Virus record (IMG/VR): IMGVR_UViG_3300024520_000072
Location: 1 to 61,647 of that record
Length of the DNA: 61,647 bases
Reading direction: 5' to 3' (one strand)
Origin: a virus
Lineage: Duplodnaviria > Caudoviricetes
Part shown: positions 8,147 to 17,307 of the stretch, piece after piece
How the letters are laid out: each line of letters starts with the position of its first letter
How positions within the stretch are numbered: the first letter of the stretch is position 1
The notes under the pieces: generated by a model
Database searches by the model: none
Seen by the model: the letters and a program-made list of their open reading frames with translations, nothing else
What the model was told of the DNA's origin: nothing
Program-made: the position numbers and the translations under genes

Positions 8147-8572
8147 TCACCTCTTCTGGCGGACGGGGTAGAGCGTCTCGAACTGATCGACCCGCTCGCG
8201 CCGTCCTTCCTCTGGCTCTTCCGGGGCGGCCTCGGGCTCGACATATCGAGGGATCTCGTAGCCCCTACAGAACGATCTCGTCAATTGATGGTCCTCCCAC
8301 GAGATCAGGCAGTCGTGGCAGGAGAGGTCGGGGGAGAACTTGTGGCCCAGGGAGGGGACGACGATGACGGTCGCCCGAACGTATCGCCCACTCACCTCGG
8401 ACCCGAACTCCATCTCGTCGCCCGTGGTCACGACGTCGGCCAGCGCTTCCGCGCCAGCACACTCCGACGGCGTCACAGACGAGAGCCAGGGCTTGCCGAA
8501 GGAGTCGTTCGGAGAGGTGTCGTAGCCGGCCAGATGCTGGTAGTAGCTTCTGCGCCATCCAGCTCGTCTCAT
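8147..8572 (-). CDS. Hypothetical protein
   Basis: ORF with CHDC; start uncertain. Confidence 0.45.
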   Translation of the reverse strand: MRRAGWRRSYYQHLAGYDTSPNDSFGKPWLSSVTPSECAGAEALADVVTTGDEMEFGSEVSGRYVRATVIVVPSLGHKFSPDLSCHDCLISWEDHQLTRSFCRGYEIPRYVEPEAAPEEPEEGRRERVDQFETLYPVRQKR

Positions 8573-8782
8573 TGATTCACGGACATGAGGGGGGGGTCCT
8601 TCGATGTCCCCGGACGGCTCCACGGCCGGCGGGCGCACTACTCCATTAGGATGCCGCTACAGGGCTTCGACGCCAGCGGCGGAGGGTGGGAAACGGTCGT
8701 CCTGGGTCCGAGCGCTCGGCCGTCGGCTCCGACCAGAACGTCCCACTCGTGTTCTCTCTCCGACGACGGCAGAGGTAACTCT

Positions 8783-8812
8783 AGGATGAACCCCCGGCCG
8801 TTCGGCTGTCAA
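8783..8812 (-). promoter_or_regulatory. Putative sigma70 promoter TTGACA-N18-CATCCT
   Basis: Perfect -35 in a non-coding region. Confidence 0.45.
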
Positions 8813-8861
8813 GCTCGGCCTTGGGGGAATAGCGGAATCGGGTGATCCAGGATCGCGTCTC

Positions 8862-8890
8862 CTGAGATCGGCTGAGATCGGCTGAGATCG
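8862..8890. repeat. Tandem 10-bp repeat (GCTGAGATCG) x3
   Basis: ctgagatcg gctgagatcg gctgagatcg. Confidence 0.9.
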
Positions 8891-9062
8891 CCCAGAATCG
8901 GGGAATGACGGAATTTTGAGGCACCCCATCGTGGGCCGGCATGTCGACGCTATCTCGACCAGGCTCACTCGTTCATAGAAATGCGCCGAAATACTGCAAT
9001 AGCCCAGGGCCCCTCAAGCTCTGCGCCGGCCGCGCCGAGGAGGCCAGGGAGGAGGCGAGACG

Positions 9063-9299
9063 ATGGGATTGAAGCCGGCGGACATCCTGGAGCGCGCCCG
9101 AGCGCTGGACGCCGAGGGCTATGACGAGATCCCGCTCCACCTGCTACTCGGGGCGGCCTGGACTCATGACCCGGGCGCGCTGGAGCCCCTGAGGCCGCTC
9201 CTGAAGGACTATCTCATCCGGTGGACCGAGACCCCGGGCTTCCTGGAGATCGTCGACGCGGACACGGTAGAGCGCCGCAGGATCCCCAGAGACGGGTGA
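9063..9299 (+). CDS. Hypothetical protein
   Basis: Strong GGAGG RBS; only well-supported plus-strand ORF in this region. Confidence 0.65.
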   Translation: MGLKPADILERARALDAEGYDEIPLHLLLGAAWTHDPGALEPLRPLLKDYLIRWTETPGFLEIVDADTVERRRIPRDG

Positions 9300-9403
9300 G
9301 CCCGGACTGGGTCGGGGCGTCGGCTGACACCCACGTTCAGTCCGGGCTCTCGGCACGGGGAGCACGCCGCCAAGCATGAAAGCCGCGCCGAACGCGCACA
9401 AGC

Positions 9404-9775
9404 CTACCCCATCTCCCCGGGATTGCGCCCCATCTCCCCGGTCGTGAGCCGTTCGACCTCTACGGCCAGGTCCACGGGGAGGCCCTTCGCGGCGTCGCGG
9501 AGGATGTAGGCGCGCAACGAGCCGTCGTAGACGGCCTGGACGAGGAGCGCGAGGTTCTCCGGATTGCGCCCGACGCGGCGCCAGAGGTTCGCCAGTCCGA
9601 CCCCGGTGATCTTCAGGAGCTGGAGTAGGGTCGCGACTCCCTCCGCGTCGGCCCCGCTGCTCTCGCAGTCCGTCAAGACGTCGATACAGTTCGCCGCCAG
9701 GTCGTCGTCGTCGATGACCGACGAGAACAGCTCCCCCCTGGCGACCATGGCGCGGTCGTAGCCGAGTCGGCTCAT
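9404..9775 (-). CDS. Hypothetical protein
   Basis: ATGA-coupled. Confidence 0.7.
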   Translation of the reverse strand: MSRLGYDRAMVARGELFSSVIDDDDLAANCIDVLTDCESSGADAEGVATLLQLLKITGVGLANLWRRVGRNPENLALLVQAVYDGSLRAYILRDAAKGLPVDLAVEVERLTTGEMGRNPGEMG

Positions 9776-10125
9776 TCCAGGCCGGCCCCGTCGTCCCAGT
9801 CCTTCGGGAGCCCGAGCGAGAGCTGGCCGTCGGTGTCGATGTGCATGTCCAGCTCGATCTTCTCGCGCGGCGTCCGGACCCTAGAACCCAAAGTCGCCGA
9901 GAAACGCCCTTGCTTCGCCTTCTTGATCTGGAGCGTCGGGCTCCAGCTCCCCTGGGCCGCCGAGGTCTGGACTCCCGCGTTCAGCTCCGGCAGGACCTCG
10001 ATCAGGTCCCTCTCCAGGATCGCCATCACGGCGGAGACGATCTTCTTCTGGCCCGCCGGTAGCTCCTTCCTGAGCTGGGCGAGATCCTTCGGTCCCTCTG
10101 CTGGTCTGATCGGTGCGACGCTCAT
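9772..10125 (-). CDS. Hypothetical protein
   Basis: AAGGAGAACCAC-ATG at 10125. Confidence 0.7.
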   Translation of the reverse strand: MSVAPIRPAEGPKDLAQLRKELPAGQKKIVSAVMAILERDLIEVLPELNAGVQTSAAQGSWSPTLQIKKAKQGRFSATLGSRVRTPREKIELDMHIDTDGQLSLGLPKDWDDGAGLE

Positions 10126-10744
10126 GTGGTTCTCCTTCTCGCGAGGGTGCCCAGTCGATCCCACTGATCGACGACAGAGTCCCCTCGAACATCGTGACGA
10201 ACGGCGGCGTCGCGAGCGGCCGGACGAGGATCTCCATCCTGGGCGACTCGTCCTGGGCCCCGCGGACGGTCTCCACCACGGCGCGGGCCACCTGGGAGTC
10301 GTCGTGCCAGAGGATCCCGGTCGCGACGTCACAGATGGGCTTTCCGAGGTTGTCCCAGTCCCCGGAGCGGATCGAGGTCGACCAGTCCCGAGGCCGAGGC
10401 TCCCGCTTGCGGTGATGGCTCTTCGCCAGCTCGTGGATGCAGAGGATCCAGATCTCGACGGGCTCGCCCTTCGGCACGATCGGCTCGCCGCCCCATGAGG
10501 AGTTCCTGGACTCCAGGAGCGCGATCTCGGCGTGGGCTCGCCACTTCTTCATCTGCGGGTCCGGGTCGGCGTAGACGTGGGGCCGGAAGAGGGTCCTGAG
10601 CGCGTTGATGGTCTTCGCGGCGTGAGCCCTGGCGAGCAGGACCGGAGCCTTCGCGGTCGGCATAAGGCCCATCCGAGGACGAGCGCCGGGGGGCGGGTCT
10701 CCATCGATCCGGGCGTAGAGGTATCTCGGAGGCGGCGTCTCCAT
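9881..10744 (-). CDS. rusA: RusA-like Holliday junction resolvase
   Basis: ARPR, D-W-D-N-L-G-K-P-I-C-D and HDDSQV motifs of the RusA family. Confidence 0.8.
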   Translation of the reverse strand: METPPPRYLYARIDGDPPPGARPRMGLMPTAKAPVLLARAHAAKTINALRTLFRPHVYADPDPQMKKWRAHAEIALLESRNSSWGGEPIVPKGEPVEIWILCIHELAKSHHRKREPRPRDWSTSIRSGDWDNLGKPICDVATGILWHDDSQVARAVVETVRGAQDESPRMEILVRPLATPPFVTMFEGTLSSISGIDWAPSREGEPHERRTDQTSRGTEGSRPAQEGATGGPEEDRLRRDGDPGEGPDRGPAGAERGSPDLGGPGELEPDAPDQEGEARAFLGDFGF

Positions 10745-10750
10745 CGGGGT

Positions 10751-10780
10751 AGAATGGACCCTCTCGGCGGGCGGCGTCAA
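10751..10780 (-). promoter_or_regulatory. Putative sigma70 promoter TTGACG-N18-CATTCT (possibly leaderless rusA mRNA)
   Basis: -10 ends 6 nt before the ATG; no SD sequence. Confidence 0.45.
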
Positions 10781-10781
10781 G

Positions 10782-12560
10782 CTAGAACTCGATCTCGTCC
10801 TGAGTCGATGGGGTGTCGGCCACGGAGTCCTGAGCCCTGGCGGCCGGCGTCCCGTCATAGATCCGGACGAGACGGCCCATCTCGTGGTCCAGGAGGAAGT
10901 CGCCCCACTCGCCGGTCCGGCCCCACCAGTTCTTCGTGAGGCGGATCTTCTTGATCGTCTCGTTGTCCGCGTCCTTCGTCATGGAGAGCGCCATGTCGCA
11001 GCGATGATCGAGGAAGCGGCCCTTCGCCCGGCCCTCCTTGTTCAGCTCCGAGAGCAGGAGGAACGCGAGATGGCCGTGAGAGAGCTTGCGGGTCCCGACG
11101 ACCCACTTCGTCACATGGCGGAGCGCGCTCATCCCGAAGGTATCGCCGCCCTTCCCGTCGTCCATGGCGTCGACGAAGCTCGACAGGGAGTCGAAGACGA
11201 CCAGGGTCGGCCGCGCCGTGACCGTCTCGGCGAGCATCGCCACGACGTCCTCGATCGTGACGCCGATCCCGACGTCGAGGTGGTGCCAGGTGTCCGGCAG
11301 GCGGACCCTCTTGGCCAGGCTGATCGCCTCGGTCCTCGTGCGCTGATCGCGCCAGAGGTTCTCGGGGATGTTGGCGGAGGCCACGGCGCGAGCGGCCCGG
11401 TCCCGGATCAGGTCCTCGTGCATCTCGGCGGAGAGGTAGAAGGCATCCCAGCCGGCCAGGGCGGCGTCGATCGCCGTGGAGATCGCGACGAAACTCTTCC
11501 CGGTCGAGGGCTCCCCGGAGATCGCGACGCACCCCCTCCAGTTCAGGTAGAACGGCGCCAGCGCGACCCCTGTCTTGTAGAGGGGCTGCCGCTCGTCGAT
11601 CTCCTGAGCGCGGGCCTCAGGGTCGTCTGAGACGAACGTCAGCGTCTGCTCTGGCCGCTCCAGCGCTCTCCGGAGCTGGTGACGCTTGAAGCGCTGCGGG
11701 TCGATCTCCAGGAGGTTCTCGGGCTCGGGCCAGACCTGGATGAGCTGGTCGACGGTCTTCCCGGCGGCCAGATGGTCCGCGGCGTCCTTCCCCTCGGCGG
11801 CCTCGACGATCGTGATCGAGGAGCCCTCTGGCAGGACGGCCGAGATGGAGTCGAACGTCGCGCGGGCGTGGGCTCGGCCTGGCTCGTCGCGGTCCTGGAT
11901 GACCCGGATCTCGCAGCGGTCGGCGTGGAGGAATGCGCGAGACAGCTCGTCCCGCCACTTCCCGGCGCCGCCCGTGTTACACGTCGCGACGCACCCGGCC
12001 GCGCGCAAGGCGTCCACGTCCTTCTCTCCCTCGCAGACGATCACGGAGTCCCCGGCCTGGAGAGCTGGGATCAGCTCCGGGATCTGGTAGAGGGTCGGGG
12101 TCGCGCCCTTCATGTTCCAGAGCCAGCCCCCCTTCCCGTCCGGGCGCCGCTGGCGGAAGGACTTCGGCTCGGTCCGGCAGACCTCGTATAGGAGAGCCCC
12201 GTTCAGGTCGAGGTAGCGATAGGTCGCGACGACCTTCGCGCGTTCCGTGTCGCCGATCTGGCGGATCTCGGCCGGCTTCTTCCGGGCCGCCGATCTGGCC
12301 TCGTGGGGCTTCCAGTCGTCGTTCGGGTCGCCCGGGGCGTGGGTCTCGCCGCAGGGGCACTCCCCGCGCGCCTTATGGCTCCAGGTCTGCGAGCCGTCGT
12401 GATACTTGCAGCGGGTCCCCTCGCCGAGACGAGAGCAGTGGAACCAGTCGCCGTCCGAGGAGAAGCCGATGCACCGGGTCCCCTGGCCGCGCTGCATCCC
12501 CTGGTGTCCGCCGCACGCCGCGCACGGCTCGCTCTGGGTGTAGCGGCGGATCGCCCTCAT
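10782..12560 (-). CDS. Primase-helicase (Zn finger, TOPRIM, RecA/DnaB-like ATPase)
   Basis: CAAC; VCEGEKD, DRDEPG, GKDAAD (TOPRIM); GEPSTGKS Walker A; LVVFDSLS Walker B. Confidence 0.9.
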   Translation of the reverse strand: MRAIRRYTQSEPCAACGGHQGMQRGQGTRCIGFSSDGDWFHCSRLGEGTRCKYHDGSQTWSHKARGECPCGETHAPGDPNDDWKPHEARSAARKKPAEIRQIGDTERAKVVATYRYLDLNGALLYEVCRTEPKSFRQRRPDGKGGWLWNMKGATPTLYQIPELIPALQAGDSVIVCEGEKDVDALRAAGCVATCNTGGAGKWRDELSRAFLHADRCEIRVIQDRDEPGRAHARATFDSISAVLPEGSSITIVEAAEGKDAADHLAAGKTVDQLIQVWPEPENLLEIDPQRFKRHQLRRALERPEQTLTFVSDDPEARAQEIDERQPLYKTGVALAPFYLNWRGCVAISGEPSTGKSFVAISTAIDAALAGWDAFYLSAEMHEDLIRDRAARAVASANIPENLWRDQRTRTEAISLAKRVRLPDTWHHLDVGIGVTIEDVVAMLAETVTARPTLVVFDSLSSFVDAMDDGKGGDTFGMSALRHVTKWVVGTRKLSHGHLAFLLLSELNKEGRAKGRFLDHRCDMALSMTKDADNETIKKIRLTKNWWGRTGEWGDFLLDHEMGRLVRIYDGTPAARAQDSVADTPSTQDEIEF

Positions 12561-12561
12561 C

Positions 12562-12768
12562 TTAAGACCCGGAGGCGGATCGGAGTCTGCGGAGTTCCGC
12601 TTCGAGGTCTGAGACTTTGGCGCGTAGATCAGCCAGCTCGTGGGCTGTGACGCTCCCGCAAAATGCCCCGGGCTCCCCGTGTGGTTCGTGCAGCGTCTCG
12701 TTCATCACGAATGGCTCATCCAGCGGCTTATATCGCCCGCAGCAGCATTGCTCAGGCATTCCACCCAC
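12562..12768 (-). CDS. Small hypothetical protein
   Basis: Fills the gap in the operon; Cys/His residues, coiled-coil tail. Confidence 0.55.
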   Translation of the reverse strand: MGGMPEQCCCGRYKPLDEPFVMNETLHEPHGEPGAFCGSVTAHELADLRAKVSDLEAELRRLRSASGS

Positions 12769-13236
12769 TCACCTCTCACCGGAGGCCTGCAAGCGGATTA
12801 CCTGCCCACCCTCCGGCCGTATCAACTTGCCGCCCTCATCGGAGGAGGCCACGACGATCGCGGTCGCCCTGGCCTTCCGGTCGTAGAGGAGGGCCCACTC
12901 TCTCGGCTGTCTCAGCGCGGCGGCGGCCTCATCGTTGCCTCGCGCTGCTATCCGAGCCAGCCGCCCGCGTTCGACGGTCCGGATCCGGTTCTGGATCGTC
13001 TTGACCCAGCCCATCTTCTTCCCGCCCTCTCCTCCCCACCACTCCAGGACCTCCTCGATGTATTGGTCGAGCGTGGTGAAGCTCTCGAAGGCTCCTCGCG
13101 AGACCCAGGGGATGGTCTTCTCCGCCCAGCCGTGGATCTGGCGGATCTCCGGAGGGGAGAGGGTCTCGGGGGCGAAGGTTCTGCCGCGTGGCTTCGCGGC
13201 GGCGTCGTCGAATAGGTCCCCGGTCTTGTCGGGCAT
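12769..13236 (-). CDS. Putative replication-associated protein
   Basis: EWW..GGKK.GW..TIQNRIR resembles replisome-organizer C-termini; first gene of the replication operon. Confidence 0.5.
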   Translation of the reverse strand: MPDKTGDLFDDAAAKPRGRTFAPETLSPPEIRQIHGWAEKTIPWVSRGAFESFTTLDQYIEEVLEWWGGEGGKKMGWVKTIQNRIRTVERGRLARIAARGNDEAAAALRQPREWALLYDRKARATAIVVASSDEGGKLIRPEGGQVIRLQASGER

Positions 13237-13394
13237 GTCGTGGCGGCGTCCTCTCTGCGGCGAGCTATTCCCGGCCCGCCGACCTGCTCCTTCGTGATAC
13301 CACAGACGGGCGACGGCGTGGGAGTTTTTTCTTGACCCACGGCGACTATTCGTGCAGGATCACCTTCAACCACGAGGACGCCGCCACGACATGC
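13233..13394. repeat. Perfect 21-bp inverted repeat (13233..13253 / 13374..13394)
   Basis: GAGGACGCCGCCACGACATGC on both strands, containing both start codons. Confidence 0.95.
13332..13360 (+). promoter_or_regulatory. Putative sigma70 promoter TTGACC-N17-CAGGAT
   Basis: Divergent intergenic region with an upstream T-tract. Confidence 0.55.
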
Positions 13395-13858
13395 TCGACT
13401 CGCGACAGCTAGGCCCTGCGCCCTTTCCGAGGCCGCCCACGAAGCTCTGCCGGGCGTGCAACGTCGAGAAGGACGAGTCCGAGTTCTATAGGAGAGTCGC
13501 GTCCAGGGACGGCCTCCAGTCCAGTTGCAAGCCCTGCGAGCGGGCCCGGCGTGTCATGTTCAACACAAGGTCCCCGGGCGTCCAGGCGGAGAGGCAGAGG
13601 GCCTACTACTGGAAGAACCACGAGGAAGTGAAGCGCCGGATGAGGGCCTACCATCGGTCCGACCCGCTGAGATACTCGGCCCACGGCGCCGTCAGCCGTG
13701 CCATCAAAACGGGGCTACTCACCAGACGGTCGTGCGAGATCTGCGGATCCCCGCGGACCGATGCCCATCACGACAGCTATGCACAAGAGGACTGGCTTGT
13801 CGTCCGCTGGCTCTGCCGGAGCCATCACATCGCCCACCACAGAAAGGGAAACCAATAA
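13391..13858 (+). CDS. HNH-like endonuclease with N-terminal Zn finger
   Basis: KLCRAC..K..SEFY...DGLQSSCKPC; CEICG...AHHDSY...WLCRSHH. Confidence 0.8.
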   Translation: MLDSRQLGPAPFPRPPTKLCRACNVEKDESEFYRRVASRDGLQSSCKPCERARRVMFNTRSPGVQAERQRAYYWKNHEEVKRRMRAYHRSDPLRYSAHGAVSRAIKTGLLTRRSCEICGSPRTDAHHDSYAQEDWLVVRWLCRSHHIAHHRKGNQ

Positions 13859-14799
13859 TGTCCGCCGCCGCCCCCGTTCTCGTCTGCGACTCCTCGAACC
13901 GACCCGCGTGGCTCGAATCCCGGAAGAAGGGGATCGGCTCCTCCGATTCCCCGTGCATCCTCCGCCTGGAGAAGGCCTGGGGGAACCCCTTCGTCGTCTC
14001 GTGTATCAAGCGAGGCCTGACGCTCCCGGACGACGCCCCCGACCAGGAATCCGAGTTGATGAAGTGGGGCCACTACGTCGAGGGCCCGCTCCTCCAGGCC
14101 TTCGAGGAGGAGACCGGCCACACCGCACAGCTCTCCGGCCTCATGTATCGCAGCGGGAACCCGGACACGCCCTACGCCATGACCACCCAGGACGGCGTCG
14201 TCCACGAGAAGGGTGGGAAGGTCGGCGGCGCCGAGTGCAAGCTGGCGATCTATACCTCGAAGGACTGGGAGCGATACGGGATCCCCGAGCACGTCGCTTG
14301 CCAGAACCTCCACACGATGGACGTCATGGACTGGGACTTCGTCTACACCCTGGCGCTCCTCGACGGCTATCGGTTCCGCTGGAAGAAGCAAGAGCGCGAC
14401 GACGAGATCCTGGGCGACATTATACGCCCCGCGGAGGCGGAGTTCTGGCGGCGCCTCCAGGACGGCGAGCAATTCGACGCCGGGGTGGGAGGTCGTCCTG
14501 GGATGTCGGCCGACTGGCTGAAGAGCCTCCACCCGAACGACAACGGAGAGACCGCCCTACTGAAAGGCGACCACTGGATGGACGTCATGGACCGCTGGCG
14601 ACTCGCAGCCGACGAGGAGAAGGCCGCGAAGGAGCGGAAGGAGAAGGCGAAGAACTCGCTCGTCCAGGAGGTCGGGGACGCCACCTTCGGGCGCCTCGAC
14701 GACGGGCGGCGGGTCTCGCTGAAGACTCAGACCAGGACCACGAAGCCGACCACGGCGACGAAGACCTCGACGTTCCGGGTCCTGAGGGAGACGGGGTGA
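13858..14799 (+). CDS. YqaJ-like viral recombinase exonuclease
   Basis: WL..RKKGIGSSD, MKWGHYVE, DG..ECK motifs. Confidence 0.85.
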   Translation: MSAAAPVLVCDSSNRPAWLESRKKGIGSSDSPCILRLEKAWGNPFVVSCIKRGLTLPDDAPDQESELMKWGHYVEGPLLQAFEEETGHTAQLSGLMYRSGNPDTPYAMTTQDGVVHEKGGKVGGAECKLAIYTSKDWERYGIPEHVACQNLHTMDVMDWDFVYTLALLDGYRFRWKKQERDDEILGDIIRPAEAEFWRRLQDGEQFDAGVGGRPGMSADWLKSLHPNDNGETALLKGDHWMDVMDRWRLAADEEKAAKERKEKAKNSLVQEVGDATFGRLDDGRRVSLKTQTRTTKPTTATKTSTFRVLRETG

Positions 14800-15383
14800 T
14801 GGGCTTTCAGACGATCCCGGAGAGGCGAGCGGAACTCCTCAAGCTCGTGATGGAGGTCTCTCTCGAACGGCGTGAGGTGACGCTCGCCAGTGGCCGGAAG
14901 AGTCACTTCTACCTGGACTTGCGCCAGACCATGATGCGACCACTCGGCGTCAAGCTGGTCGGTGATCTGATCCTCGATAGGCTCCTGGGAGGCCTGGGGG
15001 TGGACGCAATCGGCGGCATGGCGGTCGGCGCGGTCCCGGTAGTGTCGGCGGTGCTGTCCTCTGCGGCGCATTGGAACCAGGCCGAATGGCTGGTTGGGTT
15101 CTTCGTCCGTAAGGAGAAGAAGAAACACGGCCTCGGCCTTCAGATAGAGGGCGCCTTCCAGGAGGGTCAAGCCGTCGCGCTACTGGAGGACACGACCACC
15201 ACGGGCGGCTCGACGCTCGACGCCCTCGATATCGTGGAGGCCGCGGGAGGGAGGGTGGCGCGCGTGATCTGCATCGTGGACCGCGGCGAGGGTGCGGCCG
15301 CGGCCTTCGCGAGGCGAGGCGTCACGCTTGAATCGCTTTTCGATCGCGCCGACATCGACGAAGCGCTGAACCGGGAGGGGTGA
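14799..15383 (+). CDS. pyrE: Orotate phosphoribosyltransferase
   Basis: TLASGRKSHFYLDLR, FFVRKEKKKHG, LLEDTTTTGGS PRPP loop, IVDR. Confidence 0.9.
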   Translation: MGFQTIPERRAELLKLVMEVSLERREVTLASGRKSHFYLDLRQTMMRPLGVKLVGDLILDRLLGGLGVDAIGGMAVGAVPVVSAVLSSAAHWNQAEWLVGFFVRKEKKKHGLGLQIEGAFQEGQAVALLEDTTTTGGSTLDALDIVEAAGGRVARVICIVDRGEGAAAAFARRGVTLESLFDRADIDEALNREG

Positions 15384-15886
15384 TGCCCATAGAGAACGGG
15401 ATGAGCGTCGTCTTCACTCACGACGAAGTGATCCACGCCCACAGCGAGATCCACGACGCCGCGGGCCGTCTCTTCGGATGGAATAACGACCAGCCCGAGG
15501 CCCTCAGGATGGCGAAGAGGATCGCCGGCTGTGCGCGGATCCTGGTGATCGGGATCGAGGAACGCCAGGGGGCGAGCGACCTGGACCCTCGGAAGAAAGA
15601 GGATCGATGTCTCGCAATCGCCCGGCAACTCTTCGCTGCGGCGGGCCACCTGAGGGCCGCGATGGACTGCATCCCGGACATTAGGCCGGACGTTCGGGAG
15701 GATATTGACAGCGCGAGGGCCAAGCTCCACGCGGCGGCGTGCCGGAGGCTGGACGACGCGCTGAAGTCCGAGTTGAACCATGCGGAGATTACATGGATCG
15801 GCGTCGCGGTCCGCCGCAGGATCTCGGACGAGGGGCGTCAGATCGTCACCTCTTCCGCCCCGAGGCCACCCACAGAGAACGAATAG
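15380..15886 (+). CDS. Hypothetical protein
   Basis: Coupled to pyrE. Confidence 0.6.
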   Translation: MMPIENGMSVVFTHDEVIHAHSEIHDAAGRLFGWNNDQPEALRMAKRIAGCARILVIGIEERQGASDLDPRKKEDRCLAIARQLFAAAGHLRAAMDCIPDIRPDVREDIDSARAKLHAAACRRLDDALKSELNHAEITWIGVAVRRRISDEGRQIVTSSAPRPPTENE

Positions 15887-15897
15887 GAGACGCCGCC

Positions 15898-16887
15898 GTG
15901 CCCGAGCTACAAGACGACCAGGACCGCCAGAGGGAGGCCAAGTCGAACACGGCCACCCTGGAGGACTTCCTCCAGAGCGACTCGTTCGCCGACCACCTCC
16001 GGCAGATCCTCCCGGACCACCTCAGCTCCGACCGGTTCTCGACGATCGCCCTCCGGCAGACGCGGGCCATCCCGGAGCTTCAATACTGCGACCTCTCCAC
16101 GGTCGCGGCGTCCGTGATGGAGGCCGCCGGCCTCGGGCTGGAGATCGGGATAAACGGGGAATGCTGGGTCATCCCGCGACAGATCAAGCGGAAGGTCAGC
16201 GGGGAATGGACGAAGGTCTGGGAGGCGGGCCTACAGGTCGGCTACCTCGGCCACCTCGCCCTCGCCTGGCGCTCCTCGCAGGTCGCCGGCCTTACCGTGG
16301 ACGTCGTGATCGACGGGGACCGGTTCGAGTTCGAGAAGGGGACCTCTGGATTCCTTCGCCATCGTCAGCGCGAAGGCCGCATAGTCTCGGAGGCGACCGT
16401 CACCCACGCCTACACGGTCGTCCAGACGGTCTACGGCGGCACGGTCTGGGACGTCATCGACAAGGTGGAGATCGAGCGGATCCGGAACTCGGGGCCGAGT
16501 TCAAACTCTCCGGCCTGGCGCGACTGGTATGACCAAATGGCCCAGGGGAAGGTGATGAAGCGGGCCCTGAAGTTCTGCCCGAAGAGTCCCGAGCTGGCGC
16601 GGGCGATCTCCCTGGACGATCAGATGGACGGAGGCGTCCGCCAGACCTTCACCCAGTCGCTCCCGGCCATCCCAGCCAGCGTCACGTCCTCGACGGTCAG
16701 CGACACGGAAGAGGCCCTTCGCCGGTCGGCGGCGACTCAGAAGGAGGGCGGGCGCGCTCCCGAAGAACCTCCGCCGGCCGGCGATGAGGTCCCGCCGATG
16801 GAGGAGGACCAGCGAGAGCCCGTTCCGGTCACAGAGCAAGCTCAGCGCGAAGAGGGGAAGGCGACAGTCGGGGACTACGGGTTCTAG
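15898..16887 (+). CDS. recT: RecT-family single-strand annealing protein
   Basis: AAGLGLE, GECWVIP, LQVGYLG, W..WYDQMA.KV.KRALK.CPKS; GTG start with AGGAG. Confidence 0.9.
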   Translation: MPELQDDQDRQREAKSNTATLEDFLQSDSFADHLRQILPDHLSSDRFSTIALRQTRAIPELQYCDLSTVAASVMEAAGLGLEIGINGECWVIPRQIKRKVSGEWTKVWEAGLQVGYLGHLALAWRSSQVAGLTVDVVIDGDRFEFEKGTSGFLRHRQREGRIVSEATVTHAYTVVQTVYGGTVWDVIDKVEIERIRNSGPSSNSPAWRDWYDQMAQGKVMKRALKFCPKSPELARAISLDDQMDGGVRQTFTQSLPAIPASVTSSTVSDTEEALRRSAATQKEGGRAPEEPPPAGDEVPPMEEDQREPVPVTEQAQREEGKATVGDYGF

Positions 16888-17307
16888 ATGGGCGACGTCG
16901 ACCTCTCCCGCTACGTCCTGGACTTCGGGAAGAAGCACAGAGGCGAGCGGATCCAGCGCATCCCGGCCTCCTACCTCCTCTGGATGGTCCGGGACCACTG
17001 CGGGCCCTACGCCGTCGCCCAGGCCGAGCTGGACCGGCGCGGGATCAAGCTCCTCGACATTGAGATCAGCGGCCACGCGATCGACGCGGCCTCGCTGAGG
17101 ATCCGGAAGACCTGGCACGAGAACCGGGAGAAGGCGGAGGGGCTCCATGGATGGCTCTGTCGCGCCGCCCTCGATGCTCGCGCTCTCGGCGAGAAGGTGG
17201 ACGAGGACTGCCTGGCATGGCTCGGCGTGAAGTGGGTCTTCGCCTCCGATCGAGGGGAGTGGCCCCTGCTGAAGACCGTCGTCCCGCTACGGGAGAAGGA
17301 GGGCTAG
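16888..17307 (+). CDS. DUF3820-like protein
   Basis: FGKKHRGERIQRIPASYLLWM. Confidence 0.6.
   Translation: MGDVDLSRYVLDFGKKHRGERIQRIPASYLLWMVRDHCGPYAVAQAELDRRGIKLLDIEISGHAIDAASLRIRKTWHENREKAEGLHGWLCRAALDARALGEKVDEDCLAWLGVKWVFASDRGEWPLLKTVVPLREKEG

Noticed and set aside
13698-14798. Long N-terminal extension of the pyrE ORF (561 aa in the track), and similar upstream extensions
   Set aside because: Overlaps yqaJ in another frame; the supported start is the coupled ATG at 14799
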